Part shown: piece after piece, positions 23,940 through 34,600 of the stretch | Layout: each line of letters begins with the position of its first letter | Numbering within the stretch: position 1 is the stretch's first letter | NCBI GenBank assembly: GCA_030704615.1 | Contig: CM060731.1 | Location: 22,010,001 to 22,074,000, forward strand | DNA length: 64,000 nucleotides | Source: Takakia lepidozioides | Taxonomy: Eukaryota > Plantae > Bryophyta | Direction: 5' to 3' | Made by a program: the position numbers and the translations under genes | Notes under the pieces: model-generated | The model's input: only the letters and a program-made list of their open reading frames with translations | Told to the model about the DNA's origin: nothing | The model's database searches: none

Positions 23940-26900
23940 CTGCATATCTCAAAACTCTCAGTTACAAACCTTTCCACTCAAACTCACATAATATACCTCA
24001 AAGCTCCTCTACACTCCTAGGAAAGATCTGGCCAAGACAACAGGCTGATATTGACAGGGTTGACAAAGTACAGTATTTTACTTTGAGAGTAAACTGTACC
24101 TATTCTATCTGTTTGCCTTGAAATCAATTGAATACCCACTAAGTTTCTTGGCCTACAGCTCCAGGGTGTACATCAACATTAGAAGAATCACCAGATTGTG
24201 CTTGACCTTGTATGATGGCAGCTAGTTCTGCTTTCACCCAAGGAGGGTTTGACCAACTCTCCATCCAAAAGACCTCCTTTGTACAGTTGTGTCGGAAGTC
24301 TGGCGATCTTGGACTTTTCTGTGACAACCACAAGGGGCCAGCTGAAATCATAGCCCCACATAGACCATGCTACAGCACCAAAGCTTCAAGCATTTTTCAA
24401 ATACGAGGGAGTAACCTTGAGTAACCTACCATCATGTCACATGAAGATGGAAGAAAAACCCACTGGTATGACTAGTGCAATGTGCTCTTGCTATTCTCTC
24501 ATGACAACAGAAATTCTCAGTACTCTTAAGACACCAGATACAACCCAGTCTACAGAACATCATCATGCCAGCTTTCTTCACAAACCATCCTGACAAACTC
24601 TCATGAAGATACCCTCACCTTCTCAAACCTGTTGTCCCACCACTGCGAAGGATCTCCGAAGAACTCCTGCCAGAGCAGTTCTCTGGTCATTGCTTGACCT
24701 GAGTGCAAGAGAATCCAGAAGATAAGCAATTTGCTAGCATCCCATTGCCTCAGTTTCTGCTTAGGCCCAATGGTAGTGATTTAGAGCTGGTTTCTAGTGC
24801 ATCCTTCGTTTGTTATGTATTCATCCCATAAAATCTTTTGACTTCTCACAAGGTTCCTTTCTTTTCCCTCCACCTGTAATTCACACTACTGGAGTGAGCC
24901 CCTCACAAAGGTAATCTCTATTCCCTATGTTCCGTCCAAACTGGGTGAGGGGTCTATGGCCACAAGGCTACAGCAAACAAAGTCTTTATGAGAACTTCCT
25001 TTCACCTCCACTGAGAAGTGCTACTCTTTGTCTGACTCATGACAAAGAAACACACAAGCATACCAAAAAATACTGGATTTGAATAAGTTACTGTAGGAGC
25101 TTGTGGTAGCAAGCCACCCTCAAAGCCATGCCGATTCATATTCACGTTCCTCCATATGCACGGACCACCATCGCATCATCCTAATCATGGCAGCTGCATC
25201 TGCTTTCACCTACAAGTCTCAACTAACTCTCACTCGACTTCCTCAATGGCCTCCTACTTGTGCTTAAATATGCAGTCTGGTGATCTCTTTCTATCTTACC
25301 ATGCTTTTCTCAAGTTCAGTGTGACTAGCACTTCAATCACAGCCACGTATCACATCTGTTTCAGATCGGGAGCTAAAGCGTGACGGCTGTATTGCGTGCA
25401 ACAGGACTGCCACTGGCTGTGAACGAGCACTATGCCGTTTTTGGGTCGTGTCATTATCAACGATGGCAGGAACGGTCAATGAGTACATCGCTCTCTTCCC
25501 ATTATACCAGAGAAAAATACCAGAAGTTTCAGGAAATACCGAATAAGCTGGAGAAAGGAACACAACCATGTGGATTACCCTCACGTTCCTCTGCAGCCCC
25601 CTTGTACGACCCTTCACAGGATCGACCGAACTGGATGCAATGTCTGCTGGTATGGATCAAGAACAAAGATTGGCCGAACGCGCACAATTTAGAGACAAAG
25701 ATAATACGCAAGGATTTGCAAGTCCATACATTTATATTGTTATTGCAGGCGTCAGAGTCATCAGTCCAAGGGACTTGGGCCCCGCCTTAAGAGAACAGGG
25801 AAGTGGGTGTGTACACTCGTTGCACGCTCAGTAGAGCAAACAAGTGCATTCTGTTGCCTCTGTCAAACCTGTCTCTTGGCAATCGCTAATCGAGATTGGA
25901 GGAGTGTCCCATTGATGATAAGAAGCTCCATCCGAAACGAGAAAGTGTGCCCACGAATGCGGATGTTGTGAATTGTGAGCCCTTGAACTGGGTGGAGTGA
26001 ATTGTCACTCAGGTCAGAGTTTTCCACGTTATTTGGAAGTGTCACTGCACATTTATTGCATTTCAGATGAAGAGCGCAAAGTGAACCCTCACAATACCCC
26101 TACATGAGGAAAATAGCATCATTCAAACGAAAGTAGCACTTTTTCAGTAGGCATTGTTACCGGGCGAGGATAGTGTCGAGGCAATGTTGGATCAGGATGC
26201 CTTACGCCCACTTCGTCCTTTCAAAGACCCTGCGTGACCAGAGTTGTGCAAACATGATATATAGGGAGAGGCACTTTTCTTTATCGGGCTCTCGAGTGTG
26301 AATTCCGGCCCATCTCGTCTCTACTCTAGTACAGGCACAGTAATGGCAGAGTGCTCTTGCCCTCTCCTGAACGTGGAGGGGGAGGCCATGCGCAAGGTCC
26401 CGTCTTCTCCTTGCGGTGAACGGGCGGGAGGCCTCAATCATGCAGCAAACCACAGGGCGAGGGTGAGAACGGAAATGGCCATCCACCTCCGCAATATGGA
26501 GCCAGAGGCCCTTGCAAGTGATGGCTATGACGTCTTCCCAACCTCCAGGGGAACCGAGTAAAGGTAGAGCGTATAAATCTTTGCGCATTTGTCTGGCCCC
26601 TGCACCTAACGACAATGTGGTGACAGGTTTATTTATGTAAGGACTGATATACACACTAAGGTAAGAAAGGCTGTCACAATTGAGAACAATGGTAATTCTA
26701 GCCCCCAATCTGACAGACGACTGTGATCGCACTTCCAATCTCACTTTGCTTGAGAGAAGGTGGGAGAGACAGCACAAAGAAACGATCTGTACATTCAAAC
26801 ACATGGAGAGACACAGCGGTACATATTTTCAAAGCCTACACTAGTATTCCTCAATAATACTCAGGCTTAGGCCCTGGGGCATTCTAAGGACCCATTTTTT

Positions 26901-28226
26901 TCTAGTCTCTCCTGCAGATAAGAAACAGTATTAGAGAGTCTTTGGCAGACATACAAAGAATATTGCTTTGTCAGAGCAAAGCTGGTTTTGATATAGATCT
27001 GTAACTCATTTTTGGAGAGTGTTGTTGGTCCAACAGCATTGAAGTTGGTGCGGTGAAGTCATGTCCATTTTTTTGAATCAAGGCTTGTGGAGCTTCGGTG
27101 GTTGTTGCCTGGTCTTATAAGGCAGTGGTTACAGCTATTGCTGCTCAGAGTCACACCCATGTTCGTCACAGGAAACTGCAATGTCACCAGACTTTAAACA
27201 GAAGTGCACGAGGGAGGTGCTTTGGATCCAGAGTCTGTCTCCCCCACGTGGGTGAAGGCATAGCTACCTACCCGGGCACAAGGCTTAGCACATGGTGGAT
27301 GGATATCAGTGTATGGCTCTTAGTCTGCTGTGAATATTGGAGCCTTGTTGAAGTTTGAGAGTCCAGACGCTGTGGGAATGTCAGATTTGGAAAACAGGAG
27401 CTGTGAAGGAAGTCTTCCTCCATATCTGTAACATTCAGTAGGGTGGCTATTTCTTGTGTGCATGAGGCCATTCCTCAATACAGACTGAGGCAGTTTGGAA
27501 GCTGGCAAAGTTCTCATGTTCATGCTCTTCTTGAACGCAGGTCAAGCAATGAGCATAGAACAAGAGTTCTTCTTATATCCTTCACAATGGTGGGGGAACA
27601 GGTTTGGGAAGGTGAGGCTATCTTCCTTGAGAACCTGAAAGATTTTGTCAAGGAGGTCTTTGATTCGAGCCATAAAGAATCAAGTATGAAGATGTTTTGT
27701 CAAAGGGATTGTATCTCCAGTTGCTTTGATCACCAATATAGTAAGAGCAACAGTAGGATTCCCTTTCGCTATTTGAGAGATGCTTGTAGCATGACATGTT
27801 CTATCTGGGGCTGTCAGTGAAGCCATGGCTTCTCACCTCCCCTCGTGGTTTTGACAGAGAAGTCCAAGATCACCAGGCTTCAGAGACACATGCACAAAAG
27901 AAGTCCTATTGATTGAGAGTTGGTCAAATCCTCCTTGGGTTGAAACAGAGCTAGCTACTACAATACAAGGTCGAACACAATCTGGTGATTGTTGTACTGG
28001 TGATGTAAACTGTGGAGCTGCAGGCCGAGAAGTCAACAGGTATTGTTTTTGATGTAATTCGAGGTTATCAAAATAGACAGATAGAATTGTGACAATTTAT
28101 TCCAAAGTAGATCACTGCAGCAAATATCCATCCTATTAATATGTAGCGAGAAGCTTGTCCTCCATTTTGAGATATCTAAGAGCTTTGTGATCTGCGAGTT
28201 TGTCACTAAGAATTTGAGTCAAGCAG
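23940..28226. repeat. Inverted duplication of PPR upstream regions (arms ~24120-24780 and ~27460-28060) flanking a unique spacer
   Basis: For example, 24186 AATCACCAGATTGTG...CCCAAGGAGGGTTTGACCAACTCTC matches the reverse complement of ~27915-27990, and 24605 GAAGATACCCTCACCTTCTCAAACCTGTT matches the reverse complement of ~27597-27626. Confidence 0.85.
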
Positions 28227-28227
28227 G

Positions 28228-30774
28228 ATGGAAGGCTTGAATCAGGTACAGTTATTTGTTGGAACTCAGACGCGCAGCAGGGGGAGCACCTCCACCCTTG
28301 TCACTCCTATTGAAAGAGTATCAAGAGAGGGAGGCAACAAGAACTCCTCTGGAACCTGTGGGAATGTGAGGAGACTATGTAAGGCAGGACGATGGAAAGA
28401 GGCGCTGCACATCCTGAACCAAGGAGGCATTCAGGCAGACTCGAATACTTATGTCTGTGTCTTGCAGGAGTGCACCAATATGAAAGACCTAGCAGAGGGA
28501 AAGCAGGTGCATGCCCACATTATCCAAAGCGGATTCAAGCCCAATATTTTTCTCCTCAACACCCTCATCAACATGTATGCCAAGTGTGGGAGTGTGGTGG
28601 ATGCACGTCAAGTGTTTGACAAAATGCCTGACCGAGATATGTTCACATGGACAATAATGATAGCAGGATATGCCAAGCATGGATGTGGTAGGGAGGCTTT
28701 GGATATCTATGAGCAAATGCAAAGGCAAGGGGTGACGCCTGACAGGGTTACGTTTATATGTGCACTCAATGCTTGTGCCAGCCTAGGAGTTCTCAAAAAG
28801 GGCAAGGAAGTCCATGCTGACATTATCAAATCTGGAATTGTGCCAGACATTGTTCTAGAGACTGCCCTTGCTGATATGTATGCCAAATGCATGAACATGA
28901 AGAATGCGCGTCAAGTGTTTGACAATATGGCTCAACGAAGTATTGTCTCATGGAATGCCATGATTACAGGCTATGCTCGGCATGGGTTTGGTATGGAGGC
29001 TTTTGAGATCTATGATCAAATGCGACAGGAAGGAGTGACTCCCAACAGGGTCACGTTCATTTGTATTCTCAACGCTTGTGCCCGTCTAGGAGCTCTAGAA
29101 AAGGGTAAAGAGGTTCATGCTGACATCAGCAAAGCTGGAATTGTATTATGCATTCATTTGGGGATCGCCCTTACTGACATGTATGCCAAATGTGGAAGCA
29201 TGAGGGATGCACATGAAGTGTTTGACAGTAGGGCTCAACGAAATGTGGTCGCATGGAACATCATGATTGCAGGATATGCTCAGCATGGCTGTAGTAGGGA
29301 GGCTTTCGAGATATATGAGCGAATGCAAGGAGAAGGGGTGACTCCTGACTGCATCACGTTTACTGGAGTTCTGAGTGCGTGTGCCAGTCTAGGAGCCCTG
29401 GAAAATGGCAAGCAGGTCCATGCTGACATTAGGAGAAGTGGAATCGTGCCAGATATCATTGTCGAGAATACCCTAGTTGACATGTATGCCAAATGTGGGG
29501 CCATGAAGGAAGCACGTCAAGTGTTTGACAATATCTCAGAACGGGATGTTGTGTCGTGGAATGCCATGATCACAGGGTATGCTCAGCATGGGTGCAGTAG
29601 AGATGCTTTTGAGATGTATGAGCTGATGCAAGGGGATGAGGTGGTGGCCGATAGGGTCACATTCATCTGCCTTCTCAACGTGTGTGCCGCCCATGGAGCC
29701 CTGGAAAAGGGCAAAGAGGTCCATGCGGACATTATCAACACTGGAATTGCATCTAACATCAATTTGGAGACTGCCCTTGTTGACATGTATGCCAAATGTG
29801 GGAGCATGAGGAATGCACATCAAGTGTTTAACAGTATGGTTGAACGAAATGTGGTCTCGTGGAGTGCAATGATCACAGGATGTGGCCAGCATGGGTGTGG
29901 TAGGGAAGCACTGCAACTTTTTGAACAAATGCAACAGGAAAGGTTGGATCCAAACGGTATCACATTTATATCCCTGCTCTCTGCATGTAGCCATGTTGGC
30001 CTAGTGGATGAAGGGTGTCACTACTTCGATTCCATGAGTCGAGATCATGGCCTCACTCCCACAGTGGAGCATTTCGGCTGCATGGTGGACCTTCTAGGCC
30101 GTGCAGGGCAACTGGAAGAGGCAGAGGACTTCATTAAGAAAATGCCTATCAAACCTGATGCCAGGGTGTGGAAGGCCCTGCTTGGTGCCTGTACAATTCA
30201 TGCCAATGTAGAGTTGGCAGAACAAGCAGCAAAAAGCCTACTCAAGAGTGATTCACAGCAGCCTGCAGCTTATGTGCTGCTATCGAATATCTATGCTGCA
30301 ACTGGCAGGTGGGATGATACAGCGAAGGTGAGAAAATTGATGGAGGAAAGGATTGTCACAAAAGAGCCAGGGCTTAGCTTCATTGAGGTAAACCACGGGA
30401 TTCATACATTCATTGCTCAAGACAGATTGCATCCAGAAATTGAGGAAATCCATGCTGAGCTAAAGAGATTGTCTGGACTGATGGAAGCAGCAGGGTACGT
30501 GCCCGATACACACTCTGTATTGCATGATTTAGAGGAGGAGCAGAAAGAATTTTCTCTCTGCCACCACAGTGAGAGGCTGGCCATTGCTTTTGGCCTATTC
30601 AGCACACCCCCTGGGACGCCTATCCGGGTCATCAAGAACCTTCAGGTTTGTGGTGACTGTCACACTGCCACCAAATTCATTTCGAAGATTGTTGGACGAG
30701 AAGTCATTATACGGGATGCCAACCGCTTTCACCACTTCCTTGATGGGGCTTGTTCTTGTGGGGCCCACTGGTAA
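28228..30774 (+). CDS. PLS-class PPR protein with DYW-type domain (terminal AHW variant)
   Basis: 17 L/S/P motifs colinear with the paralog at 21.4-23.9 kb. KEPGLSFIEV, HSERLA, KNLQVCGDCH, ends CSCGAHW. Confidence 0.97.
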   Translation: MEGLNQVQLFVGTQTRSRGSTSTLVTPIERVSREGGNKNSSGTCGNVRRLCKAGRWKEALHILNQGGIQADSNTYVCVLQECTNMKDLAEGKQVHAHIIQSGFKPNIFLLNTLINMYAKCGSVVDARQVFDKMPDRDMFTWTIMIAGYAKHGCGREALDIYEQMQRQGVTPDRVTFICALNACASLGVLKKGKEVHADIIKSGIVPDIVLETALADMYAKCMNMKNARQVFDNMAQRSIVSWNAMITGYARHGFGMEAFEIYDQMRQEGVTPNRVTFICILNACARLGALEKGKEVHADISKAGIVLCIHLGIALTDMYAKCGSMRDAHEVFDSRAQRNVVAWNIMIAGYAQHGCSREAFEIYERMQGEGVTPDCITFTGVLSACASLGALENGKQVHADIRRSGIVPDIIVENTLVDMYAKCGAMKEARQVFDNISERDVVSWNAMITGYAQHGCSRDAFEMYELMQGDEVVADRVTFICLLNVCAAHGALEKGKEVHADIINTGIASNINLETALVDMYAKCGSMRNAHQVFNSMVERNVVSWSAMITGCGQHGCGREALQLFEQMQQERLDPNGITFISLLSACSHVGLVDEGCHYFDSMSRDHGLTPTVEHFGCMVDLLGRAGQLEEAEDFIKKMPIKPDARVWKALLGACTIHANVELAEQAAKSLLKSDSQQPAAYVLLSNIYAATGRWDDTAKVRKLMEERIVTKEPGLSFIEVNHGIHTFIAQDRLHPEIEEIHAELKRLSGLMEAAGYVPDTHSVLHDLEEEQKEFSLCHHSERLAIAFGLFSTPPGTPIRVIKNLQVCGDCHTATKFISKIVGREVIIRDANRFHHFLDGACSCGAHW

Positions 30775-31684
30775 CAGAAGTGACATTTCTCTCCTATGGA
30801 TGCAATAAATCTCTTTCTTTCGTTCTGTCTTTTCATGTTCAACATTGTAGGCTAGCTTTATACTCTGCAGCAGGTCCTTCCCATCTCTCTTTCCCTCACC
30901 CTCGCCTGCCCATCTTACTCATTTGGTTTCATCTCCCAAAAACAACCCCTGCACCACCCTCTCTCAATAGCAGAGAAAAACTACGTCCAGCTGGTAAATG
31001 AAATGGGTATGACCAAACTTCTATCATAAATGTTACACTGCACACTGCACTGATGACTGTTCAGACATCATGATGTGGCCATGAACTCCACCAAGAGCCA
31101 GCCAGCCCCTCATATCCAGGGTTGGCCTTGGCTGTCCCAACTTGTGCATTTTCTGCAACGTGAAGACATCTACAGATAGCAAGTTGATGGTTGAGGGTCA
31201 AGATCACATCTAGTCAATGGGCATACTAAGAAATCCTCAGAAATCTGCTTGTAGTCACTTCTTTGTCCTGATTGTTGATACCTATGAAAGCTCTAGGCCT
31301 GCACGGACTCGAATACCCTGAGTAAAACTCATGGCAACTAAGGTTTACCTCTGAGGAACTGCTATGCCGCCTGCAAAGATGCATTCTGTGACTGACAGAG
31401 GGCAGAAAGTTTATACAGGTAACAGGCTGCCTCAACTCAGGAAATGGATTGAACTCTGGCTATCAACCTATGCGTGGTGAATGCACAAGTCTACTTTAGT
31501 AATACATCTCCAAATGGTGTAAGCGCTTTGTGAGGTATGTGCAGACACATACTTGGACTTCAAGTCTAGTGAGTAATCTGATCCAAGCAGTGCATGCCAT
31601 TCTATTGAAACTTCCAGGCCTCCCACCTTGCATCAAATTTACTCTCGGTAGTGAAGTGCTATCACATATTTACCTTATGTGCTA

Positions 31685-34600
31685 TTATACAAAGTGTGCA
31701 GAGATTTGATCAGAAGTGCTACTCAAGAGGGCACATTCACGCTCCAATGTGCACGTGCCCTCCTGTCCTGGACCCACAATGATGCACCACTCATGGAAAA
31801 ATCCACTTGCCGTCACCACAAATATCCTGGCTCTGCAAAAGGAACCACCCCATTGCATCTTTGCATCTCACAACATCCCACGTGCAAGCCACTTGATGTA
31901 AGGTGGAGGAAACATTTCAAAAGGTTTAACTATTTGTGATACAGAATATTTTCCAAAATGAGCTTGATGCATATAGTATTGCCTCCTCATTGGCTTACAG
32001 GTCTGATGCCTCTCTATCTTTTTTCACAAAATTATCCTCATGGAAAGGCCGGAGTATCCGATGAACCATCAAATCACTTGCATTCTGTGACTAGGCTACT
32101 CGGTCACCACAGATATGAGCTTACACAGTGGGAGAACACAAACCTATTGCTTCTTGAAACGGATGGTGCCCCATCGCACCCAACATCATCCACTTGCCCT
32201 GCAATAGCACAATGACTGCCGCAAAGAAGGAAGATAAATGTCACTTCAAACTGCCACATTGGCTAAAAATTGTATGCAAAAACCAATGTAGATGAGTCTC
32301 TTTTGTGATGCATGCAGTTTCAAGAAGATGCCATTTGCAGTTGGCATGCAAGTGTCCACGAGACGATTTAGGGTAGGAGTTGCACCTGCGTACTCCTGGA
32401 GGAAATCCATTGTGGATGGTGACAAAGCAGCGTTCAGATTCCACCATGTCGCTCATAGAGTCTGGCATCACAGAGGCTAGCAGCCCCGCTGCTGTACGAT
32501 GGCTGACCACATAGAAACAAGCATCCACTGTCAATGCATGGTCATGAGCTCACGAACTACTATCCTGGATCAGGGTGTTCAAGTTTAAGGAACAAGCACC
32601 TAAAGCTCAAAAGCCAGGTCAAATGCGTGATCGGCAAAGGCATAAAATTGAATATCTTGACACCTCTCCCTCTCTACCCATATCCATCACTCTAGTAAAT
32701 CTTATTACTCACTCTTGCTGCTAGTGTAACAATCTGTGTTCCCTATGACACTCAAGATACTAGTTTAACTCAAAAGTAGAGAATAAAATAATCTTCAACT
32801 AGCATCCCCTTGCTTCTTACCTCGTTTCAGACCCATGACCAGCTATGTCCTCCTCCCTGAACAACCCAGTAGACCCCCCAACCTCTCCATCAGTGTCTCC
32901 CTCCCTAATCTGTCTGTTTGTCTTGTGTATCTCATGCCCTCACTAAGTCACTCTTTTTGTCTCTCCTTCTACTGCATTAATCCCATGCATTGCAGAATTC
33001 TCCAATCAGACCAGCTTGACATGTTGCAGATGGCCTGTGTCAGTTAAATTTCAGCCAGGGCTGGGTCATAGCGACCCCCCGCGCGTCGCAAGGGTTGTAT
33101 GAGGAAACTCATTATCTTCCACTACGTTTGTGGTTATGAGGCCAGTGCAAGCCCAGTCCAAGAATACCTTTTCGATGTGTGAAATTCTATGACATGTTCA
33201 TTTTACTGGAACCCATAGACCTCTAAGCCTCCTTTTTGACATAAGTTTTTCTTCTCTTTTCTCCTTTTACAATTTTGCCAGCGAAAACACACAGAAAATT
33301 TTTACAACCCAAACCGGGATCACAACCTTGGCAAGCTAAGAAATGCAGACCTTGGCAGGGCCAGGGGGCAGGGAACAGACCAAGTGCAGACAGGCCAGGG
33401 CAGTGTTCTTGAGAAGACCACCTTCATAGAACAAGGTAGCCTAACAAAATGAAGACGGGACACTCCCATGGATATTATGGAGTATATATCTTTATTTCCT
33501 TGGTTCGTGCTTTGGTTTCTGATGCACTACAACTCTTATGGCATGCCATCCATGCACTGAAGCTCATTGCTTTCTTTCTTCTTTCTTCTTTGTGACCCCC
33601 TCTCTTTCTTGTTTCTTTTTCCTCTTATCCCATAAGATCTTTGAGCTTCCTGCAGCCATTGTGAAGTACGATTTCATTTCATTGCTTTTCTTTTGTTCTG
33701 TTCCTCTGCGCCTCTCCACCTATCCTAAGCAGCTGATCGACTTTCAGAATTTTCATCCCACATGTGGAAACCGATATGCATGCAACAGAGTAAAAAACAA
33801 AATGATCTTCTTGAAGGGATTACCACAGTCTTGCCACAGGCCTGAGCTTAAAGATGTGGACTGTGCCAGAAGCACTTGTTGCTGCCAAAAGCTGTGGGAG
33901 CTGCGACGGTGGCCCAAATGAAAGAGAGTATATTGTAGCAGGGTAACTGCCCCGCCTGAATGTGAAGGCCTGCGACACATGACAAAACTCATTACCTTCT
34001 GAGATACAGGTTCTTGGACTCCTTAAATACATGCTATTTTCTTTATTCACTAGTTTTACTCACCACAGATCACAGAAAGATGCCAAAAGGAATCACTTGT
34101 AGAGGAATGCTAGCTTGTGCTTTAGCAGAGCTTGTCCTTACCTTCGTAGCATGGGGAATAAGATGTACTCTAATTACAGTGCCCTGTTCCGAGGCAGTGG
34201 CCAGAAGCATGCCATCTGAGGAGAATGCCACAGCTGCCAATGGGGAGCGATGAGCTTGTATCTGCCATGGAAGGAAAACAGTTTCCAGAACTTAATATTT
34301 TACCCAAAGAGTCTACACTGGTACAGATCAAATCCAGAGACATGTAATGGCACAGCCTGCCTAGATATTTTTCTGCTTGGGCTCAGAATTCAAAAGGAGT
34401 GAGCCCCAAGGTGCGGCTGAGGGAGATAAAAGAAAGAGAGAGGGATTACCTATGAAAACCCATGGCATCTGGACGCCAGACTGCCTTGTCAAAGCCGGAA
34501 GTCTCTAATGTCATGCATGTGAGTTGAGATACAAACTCAAGACATCAGCTTACATATCATGTTATGACTGCAAACTTCTGGCTTGAGAGGGACAATACCT

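Noticed and set aside
21459-30786. Many antisense ORFs overlapping the PPR genes
   Set aside because: Shadow ORFs of repetitive PPR coding sequence.
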